This document shows positions 12,112-23,081 of a stretch of DNA of 64,000 nucleotides, piece by piece. Every line of letters starts with the position of its first letter. The stretch's first letter is position 1. The notes beneath the pieces are model-generated. The model saw nothing but the letters and a program-made list of their open reading frames with translations, was not told where the DNA came from and did not search any database. Source of the stretch: Nitrospirota bacterium (GTDB lineage: Bacteria; Nitrospirota; UBA9217); assembly GCA_963818475.1 (NCBI GenBank), contig CAWFSF010000002.1, forward strand, positions 704,001-768,000. Direction: 5' to 3'. Made by a program: the position numbers and the translations under genes.

Positions 12112-12127
12112 TGTTCCACGTGGAACA
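12112..12127. promoter_or_regulatory. parS site
   Basis: Perfect palindrome TGTTCCACGTGGAACA. Confidence 0.9.
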
Positions 12128-12272
12128 TTGCAAATGCGGAATGCGGATTGCGGAATGAATGGCAAAGGGCAGTTGGACACGGATTTACACGGATGAGCTC
12201 GGATCTAGCAAGGGCCCCGAATCAAAATCTCGCCTTATTGTTGATCTTATAAACTGAAATCAAAAAACATGG

Positions 12273-12379
12273 ACCTCTTTGAAGGAGAAAGTGAGAAGTT
12301 GGGGGAAAAGGGGTAATTGTCTTTTCTTAAGAGTTTATCCCCCCTTCACCATTTTTCTCCATTTCTCCTGAACGGTTCT
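12273..12379. repeat. Dispersed ~105 bp purine/pyrimidine hairpin repeat, copy 1
   Basis: ACCTCTTTG...GAAAAGGGGTAA...TCACCATT...CTCCATTTCTCCT...GGTTCT; second copy at 61736-61843. Confidence 0.8.
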
Positions 12380-12494
12380 GCCTCGCGTTTTTATCCGCCC
12401 TTATCCGATGTTACCGCCTCTTCCGTGTCCAAAGGTTCTTCCCGGGTTTCCTTTTCTTCCCTCGCGCAAATTAGTTTCCAAAAAACGCAACTCT

Positions 12495-12510
12495 TATGAC
12501 CCCCGTCATA
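12495..12510. promoter_or_regulatory. Candidate CRP/FNR-family (HcpR-like) operator upstream of hcp
   Basis: Palindrome TATGAC-CCCC-GTCATA ~75 bp upstream of the hcp ATG. Confidence 0.6.
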
Positions 12511-12584
12511 TGCGATTTACGAAACCTCCTGTAGTATGGCCCTCACCATCAGGAACACATACCACCATTCTCCAGGAGGGAACT

Positions 12585-14273
12585 ATGTTTTGTTATCAAT
12601 GTGAACAGGCAGCAAACGGCAAAGGATGCACCAAGATCGGGGTATGCGGCAAGGACCCGGAGTTATCATCGCTTCAGGACCTCTTGATCTATTCCATGAA
12701 AGGGCTTTCGCTCGTTGCGGTTGAAGGCAGGGGGCACGGCGTCAATGACCAGGAAGTCAACCTCTTCCTGACCAAAGGGCTCTTTTCAACGCTCACGAAC
12801 GTCGATTTCGATCCCAAGCGGTTCGAAACGCTTATCAAGAAGAGCGTTGAGCTCCGCGAAGAACTGAAGGCGAAGGTCAAGAGCAGCAGGCGGCAGAACG
12901 GACTTCACGCACGGCAGCGCTTCCTTTAAACCGGCAGCGACCGTCGAGGCATTGGCAAAACAGGGCCGCGAGGTGAGGGAGCGGGTGCCCGATGCAATGA
13001 TCAACCCCGATATCCAGTCGCTCCAGGACATTCTTCTGTTCGGGCTCAAAGGCGTGGCTGCCTATGCAGACCATGCCCAGATCCTCGGGAAGACCGACGA
13101 TACGGTCTATGCCTTCATGGCCGAAGCTTTGGCTGCCATGACCGGCACCGATCTCGGTCTGAACGAATGGGTCGCGCTTGTGCTGAAGTGCGGCGAGGTC
13201 AATCTCAAGGCCATGGAGATCCTCGATGGCGGCAACACCGGCACCTTCGGCCATCCGGTACCGACCAAGGTCCCGCTCGGCGCGAAAAAAGGCAAGGCCA
13301 TCCTTGTTTCCGGCCATGACCTCAAAGACCTTGATATGATCCTGAAGCAGAGCGAAGGCAAGGGGATCAATGTCTATACCCACGGCGAGATGCTGCCGGC
13401 CCATGGCTACCCGAGCCTCAAGAAATATCCGCACTTCTACGGCCATTACGGTACGGCCTGGCAGAACCAGCACAAGGAGTTCGCGCATTTCCCCGGCGCC
13501 ATCGTGATGACCACGAACTGCATCCAGAAGCCGCTGGCATCGTACAAGGACAATCTCTTTACCTGCGGACTGGTGGGCTGGCCTGATGTGAAGCATATTT
13601 CCGACGGCAATTTCGCTTCTGTGATCGAGAAGGCCCAGGCTCTTCCCGGGCTTCACCGGCCGACGCACCGGGCAAGGAAGTGTTCGCTGGATTTGCGCGC
13701 AATGCGGTGCTCGGCGTGGCGGACAAGGTGATCGATGCGGTCAAGGCAGGGAATATCCGCCACTTCTTCCTCGTGGGCGGGTGCGACGGCGCAAAGCCGG
13801 GCAGGAACTACTATACGGAGTTCGTGGAAAAAGCGCCCAAGGACACCATCGTCATGACCTTGGCCTGCGGCAAGTTCCGCTTCTTTGACAAGAACCTGGG
13901 AGACATCGGCGGCATCCCGCGCCTCCTCGACATCGGCCAGTGCAACGACGCCTACTCGGCGATCCAGATCGCGGTCGCGCTTTCCAAGGCCTTCAACATC
14001 GGCGTGAACGAACTGCCGTTGTCGCTGGTCCTGTCCTGGTACGAGCAGAAGGCCGTGGCGATCCTGCTCTCCCTGCTGTCTTTGGGAATCAAGGACATCC
14101 GGCTTGGGCCGACGCTTCCGGCATTCATCACGCCGAACGTGCTCGACGTGCTGGTCAAGAACTTCGACATCAAGCCCATTGCAGCAACGGCTGAAGAGGA
14201 CCTCGAAACGATCCTCGGGCCCTGCTGGAACAGGACCAAGGCGGAGTGCACCGCAGAAGCTGCGGCCGTGTAA
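12585..14273 (+). CDS. hcp: Hybrid cluster protein (hydroxylamine/NO reductase), frameshifts near 12890 and 13660
   Basis: MFCYQCEQ...[58 protein letters not shown]. Confidence 0.95.
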
Positions 14274-14298
14274 TACGCTCGTATCGATGAAAGTTCAC

Positions 14299-14330
14299 GG
14301 CAGGACGGATTCTTTCGTCCTGCCTTTTTT
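14299..14330 (+). terminator. Rho-independent terminator after hcp
   Basis: GGCAGGACG...CGTCCTGCC followed by a T run. Confidence 0.75.
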
Positions 14331-14350
14331 ATTGCGCAGATGTTCTTTTT

Positions 14351-14464
14351 ATTTCGGATTGCGGATTTCGGATTGCGGATTAAAACCTCGGGAACCCTGC
14401 CGTTCCATCCTCAGCTAGTTGTCAAAGGTGTTCATTCCGCAATCCGCAATCCGAAATCCGCAAT
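14351..14464. repeat. Inverted pair of heptamer arrays
   Basis: (ATT[T/G]CGG)x4 at 14351 and (CCG[C/A]AAT)x4 ending at 14464. Confidence 0.85.
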
Positions 14465-14554
14465 GCCATCACCCCGTTTTTCCCTTCCTTTTATCATGCT
14501 CCTATGGTAAATTACCAGTTCTTAATCAGCAGGAGCGGAGGGATCCAGAAGCTC

Positions 14555-15332
14555 ATGGGCAGAGTTATCGCAATCGCCAATCAGAAGGGCGGCGTGGGGA
14601 AGACCACCACCACGGTCAACATCGCTGCCTCGCTCGCTGCGGCGGAAAAAAAAGTGCTGCTCATCGACGCCGATCCGCAGGGCAACTCCACGAGCGGCAT
14701 GGGCATTGACCGCAAGGACATCACCGGCAGCACCTACGACCTCTTTACGGGCAAGAAATCCTTTGCCGAGATCAAAAAAAACACTCACTTCCCCTGGCTC
14801 GACGTGGTGCCTGCCGGCATCGACCTGGTGGGCGTCGAGATCGAGCTCATCCACACCATCGCCCGGGAGCGCGTGCTCAAGAAGGCCATCGCCTTGTTCC
14901 GGGATAATTACGATTACATCTTCATCGACTGCCCGCCGTCTTTGGGGCTTCTGACCGTGAACGCCCTGACCGCGGCCGACGCGGTGCTGATCCCGGTCCA
15001 GACGGAGTACTATGCGCTGGAAGGGCTGTCGGCGCTGATGAACACCATCAAGCTGATCAAGCAGGACCTGAACCCCGATCTTGCGATCGAAGGCGTGCTG
15101 CTCACCATGTACGACAGCCGGAACAACCTGGCCACGCAGGTATCGGAGGAAGTGCGCAAGTACTTCGGCGACAAGGTCTATCACCACCGTCATTCACCGC
15201 AACGTTGCCCTGAGCGAGGCGCCGAGCCACGGCAAGCCCGTGCTGCTCTACGACATCCGCTCCCGCGGGGCGCAAAGCTACCTCGAACTTGCCAAGGAGG
15301 TCATCAACAATGCAAAAGCAGGCGCTCGGTAA
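14555..15332 (+). CDS. parA: Chromosome partitioning ATPase ParA/Soj, frameshift near 15183
   Basis: [35 protein letters not shown]; C-terminal [12 protein letters not shown] in the next frame. Confidence 0.95.
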
Positions 15333-16155
15333 AGGCCTCGGCGCGCTCATCCCGGACCTGTCCGCGCTCAACGATAAAGAGCGCAAGGCGCTCGGCATCG
15401 CCGAGATCGAGCTGGACAAGATCGTGCCGAACGAGTTCCAGCCGCGGAAAACATTCCAGGACGACGCACTGAAGGAGCTTGCCGCGTCGATCAAAGAACA
15501 CGGCGTGATCCAGCCGATCATCGTGCACCGCATCGGCACGAACTACGGGCTCATCGCGGGCGAGCGCCGGTGGCGCGCGTCACGGCTCGCGGGTCTCAAG
15601 ACCATCCCGGCGCTGGTGAAGGAAGCGACCAAGCGCGAGCTCATCGAGCAGGCCCTGATCGAGAACATCCAGCGCGAGGACCTGAACCCGCTCGAAGCAG
15701 CCGAAGCGTACAAGCGGCTGCAGGACGAGTTCAAGCTGACGCAGGAAGATCTCGCGAAGCGCGTGGGCAAAGAGCGCTCGACCGTCACGAACTTCCTCCG
15801 CATCCTCAGCCTTCCCAAGGAAATAAAGCACGACCTGGCAGAGGGCAACCTCAGCATGGGCCATGCCAAAGCGCTGCTGTCGATGGAGCGCGTGCGCGAC
15901 CAGGTACAGGCCGCGCTCATGATCGTGAAGAAGGGGCTGTCGGTGCGCGAGGCAGAAGCGCTTGCAGGCAAGCTCAAGAATCCCGCAAAAGAGAAAAAAC
16001 CGAAGATCGGCCACGAGCTCAAGGCAGTCGAAGACAAGCTCAGGAAATCGCTCGGCACCAAGGTGAGCATCACGGCCAAGGCCAAAGGCGGCAGGATCGT
16101 GATCGACTATTACTCGGCCGAAGAGCTGGACCGGATACTGGAGAAGATCGGGTAA
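15310..16155 (+). CDS. parB: Chromosome partitioning protein ParB/Spo0J
   Basis: [34 protein letters not shown] region. Confidence 0.96.
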   Translation: MQKQALGKGLGALIPDLSALNDKERKALGIAEIELDKIVPNEFQPRKTFQDDALKELAASIKEHGVIQPIIVHRIGTNYGLIAGERRWRASRLAGLKTIPALVKEATKRELIEQALIENIQREDLNPLEAAEAYKRLQDEFKLTQEDLAKRVGKERSTVTNFLRILSLPKEIKHDLAEGNLSMGHAKALLSMERVRDQVQAALMIVKKGLSVREAEALAGKLKNPAKEKKPKIGHELKAVEDKLRKSLGTKVSITAKAKGGRIVIDYYSAEELDRILEKIG

Positions 16156-16324
16156 GGGCTCAGAAACTGCAAGCCGCAAATTTGCGCAGAAAAGGCGGAT
16201 AAACCAACCCGTGATGGACGCCAGGAGAACAAGTGCTCCACGGTTTACATTAAAGAATTTCATCTGCGTTCATCTGCGAAATCTGCGGCCAAAGATTTGA
16301 AATAATTTCAAGGAGGATCCACTC

Positions 16325-16819
16325 ATGTTAAAGAAGGGTTCAGGCACAACGGAGCAGGGAGAGATCAGGGCATTCCTGGGCAAAGGCACGGAGTTCAAGG
16401 GCGTGCTCAGCTTCGAAGGCACCATCCGCGTTGACGGCAAGGTGGAAGGCGAGATCGTTTCCAAGGACACGCTGATCGCCGGCGACGGCGCATTCCTCCA
16501 GGGCGAGATCACCGTGGGAACGATCATCTCGAGCGGCAAGATCGTCGGCAACATCAACGCGAGCCAGAAGGTGCACCTCCTCGCTCCCGGCACGGTACAG
16601 GGAAACATCAAGACGCCCAAGCTCATCATCGAAGAAGGCGTTACCTTTGACGGCAAGTGCGAGATGGTCGGAGAGAAGAAAGGCCGAGCAGAAGGTCGTT
16701 TCGATGACGGACCGGTAGATTCTCCGCGACAAACCTCACTATCGCAAGTTCATAGAATGCCCGCACCGCTTAAAAAGAGCGTGAACGAAGCTTGGCAAAT
16801 GGGCTTGCAGGTCGGGTAG
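16325..16819 (+). CDS. Bactofilin (polymer-forming cytoskeletal protein); the true stop may be 16718 after a 3' frameshift
   Basis: FLGKGTEFKG, IRVDGKVEGEI, IEEGVTFDGKCEM. Confidence 0.85.
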   Translation: MLKKGSGTTEQGEIRAFLGKGTEFKGVLSFEGTIRVDGKVEGEIVSKDTLIAGDGAFLQGEITVGTIISSGKIVGNINASQKVHLLAPGTVQGNIKTPKLIIEEGVTFDGKCEMVGEKKGRAEGRFDDGPVDSPRQTSLSQVHRMPAPLKKSVNEAWQMGLQVG

Positions 16820-16927
16820 GGCAGCACAAAATCCGACGCAATTGAATTTGCATCTTACCCTGATTTTTGTTAAAGTACAAAAAAGCAAATCATGTAAATC
16901 GTTGAAGCTTAAACGGAGGCAGTCACG

Positions 16928-17149
16928 GTGCTCAAACAACTTACAGCGATCATCGAACGTGAGGGAGATGGGTTCGTATCTCTCTGCCCCGAACTTGACA
17001 TTGCGAGCCAGGGCAGCACGATTGAAGAGGCGCGCAACAACCTTCAGGAGGCGCTGGAACTTTTCTTCGAAACGGCTTCACCCGCGGAAGTTAAGCAGCG
17101 TCTGCATGAGGAGGTCTACATAACACGCCTGGAGGTAGCGGTTGGGTAA
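16928..17149 (+). CDS. hicB: HicB-family antitoxin (short form)
   Basis: IIEREGDGFVSLCPELDIASQGSTIEEARNNLQEALELF. Confidence 0.85.
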   Translation: MLKQLTAIIEREGDGFVSLCPELDIASQGSTIEEARNNLQEALELFFETASPAEVKQRLHEEVYITRLEVAVG

Positions 17150-17363
17150 GCTGCGCGTTTTGTCCGGGAAGGATGCATGCGCTATCCTGGCAAAGCATGG
17201 TTTTGTTGAAGTACGACAACGCGGCAGCCACATCGTGATGCAGAAAAAACTCCCGGACACCACCCTCACCGTGCCGGTCCCGAATCACTCTGAGCTACGA
17301 ACCGGAACTCTTCAATCCATCATTCGGCAGTCTGGAATACTCCGGAGCGAGTTCGAATCATAA
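17142..17363 (+). CDS. hicA: HicA-family toxin
   Basis: GFVEVRQRGSH...VPVPNHSELRTGTLQSIIRQ; overlaps hicB. Confidence 0.88.
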   Translation: MGKLRVLSGKDACAILAKHGFVEVRQRGSHIVMQKKLPDTTLTVPVPNHSELRTGTLQSIIRQSGILRSEFES

Positions 17364-17404
17364 ACGCGGAGCCTGACGGAGCCTTAAGAACAAAGGACCA
17401 TGAT

Positions 17405-20400
17405 ATGATCATTATGCATCTCTTCCGCACCCCAGCGCTCTCCGCTTACCAGACCACCGGCCTCTTGACAGCTGCTCAGCAAAAAGTTTCTCCCGCTATT
17501 CAGAAGATCGTGACGGAATTCTGTTTTAACGCAGCCGCAGAAAGCCCGCTCTCAGCCGATGAGATGCGCTTGCTGCGCTGGCTCCTTACCGAGACCTTCG
17601 AACCGAAGAACTTTTCGGACACCTCGTTTCTCAATCCGCAATCCGCAAGGAGACCTGTCCCGATCGAATCGGGAAATCCGCAATTGATTCTCGAAGTCGG
17701 TCCCCGCATGAACTTCACCACTGCCTGGTCCTCCAATGCGGTCTCGGTCTGCCAAGCCTGCGGCATTAAAAAAATAACGAGGATCGAACGCTCACGACGG
17801 TACCGGCTGGACCTTGCTCAGAACGCTTCGCTCTCCAAAGATCAGGAGCGGACCTTCCTTAGCCTCGTGCATGACCGCATGACCGAGTGCCCTTATCCAA
17901 AGCCGCTTGAAACTTTCGAGACCGGCATCAAGCCTGAACCCGTGCGCATCATCCCGCTCATGGAGCAGGGGAGGGCCGCGCTCGAAAAGATCAACCGCGA
18001 GATGGGCCTGGGGCTCGACGACTGGGACCTGGACTATTACACGAACCTCTTTGTAAAGGACATCAAGCGCAACCCGACGAACGTGGAGTGCTTCGACCTT
18101 TCGCAGTCCAACAGCGAGCACTCGCGCCACTGGTTCTTCCGCGGCAAGCTCATCGTTGACGGCAAGGAAGTTCCCGAAAACCTGATGAAGATCGTGAAGG
18201 CGACCTACGACGCGAACCCGAACAACAGCGTCATCGCCTTCAGCGACAACTCGAGCGCCATCACGGGCTACGACATTACCACCATCATCCCCGAGACCAT
18301 CGGCAAACCGTCGCCCTTCCGCCAGACGAAACGGAAGTACCATGTCATCCTGACGGCGGAAACGCACAACTTCCCGTCGGGCGTGGCGCCGTTCCCCGGC
18401 GCCGAGACCGGCACCGGCGGGCGCATCCGCGACGTGCAGGCGACCGGCACGGGCGGCCTCGTGGTCGCGGGCACGGCTGCCTACTGCGTGGGCAACCTCC
18501 GCATCCCGGGGTACGAGCTTCCCTGGGAAGACGCCTCATATGCTTATCCGAATAATCTTGCCTCGCCGCTGCAGATCGAGGTTGAAGCGAGCAACGGCGC
18601 GTCCGATTACGGCAACAAGTTCGGAGAGCCCGTGATCCAGGGATTCACCCGCTCCTTCGGCCTCCGGCTTCCCGACGGCGAGCGCAGGGAATGGCTCAAG
18701 CCGATCATGTTCAGCGCCGGCGTGGGCCAGATGGACGCCCGCCACACGGAAAAGACCGAGGCGCAGAAGGGCATGCTCGTGGTCAAGGTCGGCGGCCCGG
18801 CCTACCGCATCGGCATGGGCGGCGGAGCAGCCTCGTCCATGATCCAGGGCGAGAACGTGGCCGAGCTCGACTTTAACGCGGTGCAGCGCGGCGACGCTGA
18901 GATGGAACAGAAGATGAACCGCGTGATCCGCGCCTGCGTGGAGCTCGGGGAGAAGAACCCGATCCAGAGCATCCACGACCAGGGCGCAGGCGGCAACTGC
19001 AACGTGGTGAAGGAGATCGTGCATCCGGCAGGCGCCAAGATCGAGATCAGGAAGATCATTGTGGGCGATGCAACACTTTCGGTGCTCGAGATCTGGGGCG
19101 CCGAATATCAGGAGCAGAACGCGCTCCTGCTGAAGCCGGAGCACGAGGAACTCTTCCGTTCGCTCTGCGAGCGCGAGAAGATTCCTGTTGCCATCATCGG
19201 CACGATCACGGGCAACGGCTATATCGTTCTGTATGATGAGACAGACAACTCCACGCCCGAGAACCTTGAGCTTGCCAAGGTGCTGGGCGACATGCCGCAG
19301 AAGGTGTTCACGCTCGACCGGAAAAAGACCGAGCTCAAACCGCTCGAACTTCCGAAGGACCTGACCGTGCGCCAAGCGCTGGACCGCGTGCTGCGGCTCG
19401 TTTCGGTCGGGTCCAAGCGGTTCCTCACGAACAAGGTCGACCGCTCGGTCACGGGCCTGATCGCGCGTCAGCAATGCTGCGGCCCGCTCCAGCTCACGGT
19501 CTCCGACGTGGCGGTGATCGCCCAGTCGCACTTCGGCCTGACCGGCGCGGCCATCTCGATCGGCGAGCAGCCGATCAAGGAATTGATCGATCCCGCTGCC
19601 ATGGCCAGGATGAGCGTCGGCGAAGCGCTCACGAACATTGTCTGGGCAGAGGTCTCCGGGCTGGGCGATATCCGCTGCTCTGCCAACTGGATGTGGGCGC
19701 CCAAGCTCCCGGGCGAAGGTTCACGGCTCTATGATGCTGCAATCGCGATGCGCGATGTGATGATCGAGCTCGGCATGGCAGTGGACGGCGGCAAGGACAG
19801 CCTCTCCATGGCCGCAAAAGTAACGAACCCTGATGGAACGCACGAGACCGTGAAATCTCCCGGTACGCTCGTGATCTCCGCCTACGTCACCTGCCCGGAC
19901 ATTACAAAGACGATAACGCCGGACATCAAGATGCCGGGCAAGAGCAGGCTCCTGTTCATCGATCTCGGCAACGGACAGAACAGGCTCGGCGGTTCAGCGC
20001 TTGCGCAGGTCTTCGGACAGGTCGGTGACACGTTCGCCTGATCTCGACGATCCGCAGCTTCTCGCGAGGACGTTCAATGCCGTGCAGCAACTTGTCTCCG
20101 ATGAACTCATTCTCTCCGGCCACGACCGCTCCGACGGCGGACTGGCAACCACACTGCTTGAAATGGCCTTTGCCGGAAACTGCGGCATCGAGATCGATCT
20201 CGGAAAACAGAACGACACGATAGCAGCCCTGTTCTCGGAAGAGCTCGGGCTCGTGATGGAATATCTCCCCTCTGAAGAAGCGAAGATCTTCTCGATCCTC
20301 GACAAGGCAAACGTTCCCTATCAAGTCATCGGCAACACCACGCATGACCAACGCATCACTATTTCAATCCGAAATCCGCAATCCCCCGGCCTGCATCCTC

Positions 20401-21416
20401 TCTCCATTGGAACCGGGGCAGGCGAAATCCGCAATGTCCTAAGCGACTACACGTCACTGCTCCGGGACATCTGGGAAGCGACGAGCTATCAGCTCGATCT
20501 TCTGCAGCGGAACCCCGACAGCATCGAGGACGAGCGGAAGAACATCTATGACCGCAAAGGCCCTTCCTTTGTCGTGCCGTTCATACCAAAGCAGACAGCG
20601 GATGAGCTGTTCTGCAGAACGAACAAACCGAAGGTCGCCGTCATCCGTGAAGAAGGGAGCAATGGGGACCGCGAAATGGTCTCGGCCTTTTTCATGGCCG
20701 GGTTCGAGCCATGGGACGTGACCGTCACTGACCTGATCGAAGGCCGCATCACGCTCGACCAGTTCCGGGGCGTGGTCTTTGTGGGCGGGTTCAGCTATGC
20801 GGACGTGCTCGATTCCGCCAAAGGCTGGGCCGCTTCCATCCGGTTCAACAGAAAGGTCTGGGACCAGTTCGAAAAATTCTATCATCGCACCGACACGTTC
20901 AGCCTCGGCGTCTGCAACGGGTGCCAGCTCATGGCGCTCCTGGGCTGGGTCCCGTGGCGCGGCATCAGCGACGAGCTCCAGCCGCGCTTCATCCACAACA
21001 AGTCGGGACGGTTCGAATCACGCTTCTCGACCGTGAAGATCCTCAAGAGCCCGTCCATTATGCTTTCCGGCATGGAGAATGCCGTGCTCGGCATCTGGGT
21101 GGCGCACGGCGAAGGCCTGGCCTACTTCCCGGACAAGAACATGTTCAAGGAATGCGAACACGGCCTGGCACCGATCAGATACGTGAATGACGAATCAAGG
21201 ATAACTCAAGCCTATCCGTTCAACCCCAACGGCTCGCCCGCGGGCATTGCCGGGCTCTGCTCGCCCGATGGCCGTCACCTCGCCGTGATGCCGCACCCCG
21301 AGCGCGTTGTGCTGAACTGGCAATGGGGCTGGATGCCCGAGGAGATGAAGAAGTCCCTCGCCGCTTCTCCCTGGCTCAGGATGTTCCAGAATGCGCGGGA
21401 GTGGTGCGAGAAATAA
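17405..21416 (+). CDS. purL: Phosphoribosylformylglycinamidine synthase, large single-chain form, frameshift near 20030
   Basis: QSNSEHSRHWFF, ETHNFP, SIHDQGAGG, GGKDSLSM, HDRSDGG, glutaminase GVCNGCQ and MPHPER. Confidence 0.95.
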
Positions 21417-21601
21417 CAAGAGGTAGTAGCTGCATTTGATTCATGGAATCAAAATCAAGAAGGTATTTTTGACACGGATAACTTCCGATAAAGACTCGGA
21501 TAACGTCGGATTTTTGAACACAACGGTCAGATCTTTATCCGCCCTTATCATACGTTAATCCGCTTCTTCCGTGTCAAAAGATCCGTTTAGATTTATACGT
21601 A

Positions 21602-21874
21602 ATGAACCTTATCTTTAGGCACATACTGTTTCCTGCCCTCGCGCCACTTCTGTTTTTCAGCGTGGCCGCAACACCGGTCGAGTTCTTCGGCTGCCGAACA
21701 CGCGGGCTGCTTGCACTCACGATCGCGCTGGTTGGCGTTCTGGCCGGACTGAGTACGGCCATCATGGGTGCAAAGAGCAGGCTGCGCCGTGACCCGGCGG
21801 CGAACTGGTGGATCTCCTCATTGATCCTGGCCATACCGGCGATCGCAGTGCTTATTATTGCGAGCAGCCGTTGA
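21602..21874 (+). CDS. Small membrane protein
   Basis: 90 aa with three hydrophobic segments. Confidence 0.55.
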   Translation: MNLIFRHILFPALAPLLFFSVAATPVEFFGCRTRGLLALTIALVGVLAGLSTAIMGAKSRLRRDPAANWWISSLILAIPAIAVLIIASSR

Positions 21875-21931
21875 CTTCTACACACGGGTACGGTGACAGA
21901 CCCGTCAGGGTTGATTATTGCGAAGAGTTCA

Positions 21932-22195
21932 ATGAAGAATAAACAGCACGCCATGCAGTTTCCCTGCGAATTCCCGATCAAGGTTATGGGTTTGAACACA
22001 GAGGTGTTCCAATCGGCAATACGCGCTATTATCCGAAAGCATGTGAACACTGATGATATCGCCTACTCCAGCCAGCCCAGCCGCGGAGACAAATACCTGT
22101 CCATCACCGCTACCTTCACTGCTCAGAGCAAAGAGCAGCTCGACGCCCTGTACCAGGAATTGAATGGCCACGAACTCGTCCTGATGACGCTCTAG
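21932..22195 (+). CDS. DUF493/YbeD-family protein
   Basis: QFPCEFPIKVMG...SRGDKYLSIT...QLDALYQEL. Confidence 0.85.
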   Translation: MKNKQHAMQFPCEFPIKVMGLNTEVFQSAIRAIIRKHVNTDDIAYSSQPSRGDKYLSITATFTAQSKEQLDALYQELNGHELVLMTL

Positions 22196-22335
22196 AAGCC
22201 CGCAAAAACAACGAACCATCCCCTTGGAAGACCCTCGTCCTTCGCCTCTTTTATCTCATGCTCGAAAATCAAATCCTTCCGGCGGCCCTTAGTAACTAAA
22301 GAATAAAATTCTTCTCAAAATAGCAGGAAAGTTTC

Positions 22336-22455
22336 CCACGAAGAACACGAAGCGCGCGAAGTTAAAATCAATATTTTGATATTGCCTTTTTCGACTTTTT
22401 CGTGATCTTCGTGCCCTTCGTGGTGGCTTTTTGGCTCCGGCTTGTTCGGGTTAGG
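22336..22455. repeat. Dispersed ~120 bp hairpin (MITE-like) repeat, copy 1
   Basis: CCACGAAGAACACGAAG...TTCGTGATCTTCGTGCCCTTCGTGG...GGCTTTTTGGCTCCGG.TTGTTCGGGTTAGG; close copy at 48482-48605. Confidence 0.85.
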
Positions 22456-22565
22456 GATTGCAATGAAATGCACCTGCCTTGAAACAGCCGCCTTCGTCTG
22501 CTACAGTAAAAACAGGCACTGCTTTTGGCCCTTTGCCCAAAATCCCGTGACTAGAGGAGATGAAC

Positions 22566-22838
22566 ATGAAGAAAGTTCTTGCACTGGTAGTAGTGGCACT
22601 ACTCGCTGCATCTGCAGTTCTGGCAGCCGACATCGTCACGCTCAGTTCGAAGATGGGTGACGTCACCTTTAACCACAAGGTCCACAGCACGGGAACGGAA
22701 TGCACTGTCTGCCATGGAGAGGGCACGCCCGGGAAGCTGACGCTCGAAAAAGATCCAGCACACAAATTATGCATCGCTTGCCATGAAACAAAGAAAGCCG
22801 GGCCTACAAAATGTCAGGACTGCCACAAGAAAAAATGA
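22566..22838 (+). CDS. Periplasmic triheme cytochrome c7 (PpcA-like)
   Basis: Signal peptide; VTFNHKVH, CTVCH, AH..CIACH, GPTKCQDCHKKK. Confidence 0.9.
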   Translation: MKKVLALVVVALLAASAVLAADIVTLSSKMGDVTFNHKVHSTGTECTVCHGEGTPGKLTLEKDPAHKLCIACHETKKAGPTKCQDCHKKK

Positions 22839-22847
22839 TCTCCTCCC

Positions 22848-22875
22848 GGGCCCCGCAAGGGGCCTTTTCCTTTTC
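22848..22875 (+). terminator. Rho-independent terminator
   Basis: GGCCCC-GCAA-GGGGCC followed by TTTT. Confidence 0.7.
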
Positions 22876-23081
22876 CGACATTTCAACGCTTCTGCGTTTT
22901 AAAATGTTTTCCTGCTGGTATACGCATGCAACGAGGTCCTCGCGGCCGCCGCGCCGCGAAAATGCGCCTTTTATCTTGACACTCAAAAATGCCGAGTATA
23001 TATTTTTACCAGAACGATGGCGGAGAGGGATGCAGGGGAACGTGCTGCTTTCTTTCCTGACGCGTCATAAGGAGAACATCA

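Noticed and set aside
10878-14464. Heptamer arrays and periodic repeats as a CRISPR array
   Set aside because: No 23-47 nt repeats separated by unique spacers and no cas genes in the window
18536-19531. Long antisense and alternate-frame ORFs (e.g. opposite purL, htpG, parA, DUF438 gene)
   Set aside because: Shadow ORFs expected from high-GC codon bias; they overlap well-supported genes and have no motifs
4336-21416. Programmed frameshifting or true pseudogenes in pgi, mnmE, hcp, parA and purL
   Set aside because: No slippery motifs shared among the sites and too many housekeeping genes affected; assembly error is more parsimonious
22456-22565. Cyclic-dinucleotide (GEMM) riboswitch upstream of the c7 cytochrome
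   Set aside because: The conserved GGCAAA...GACGCAAA core was not found
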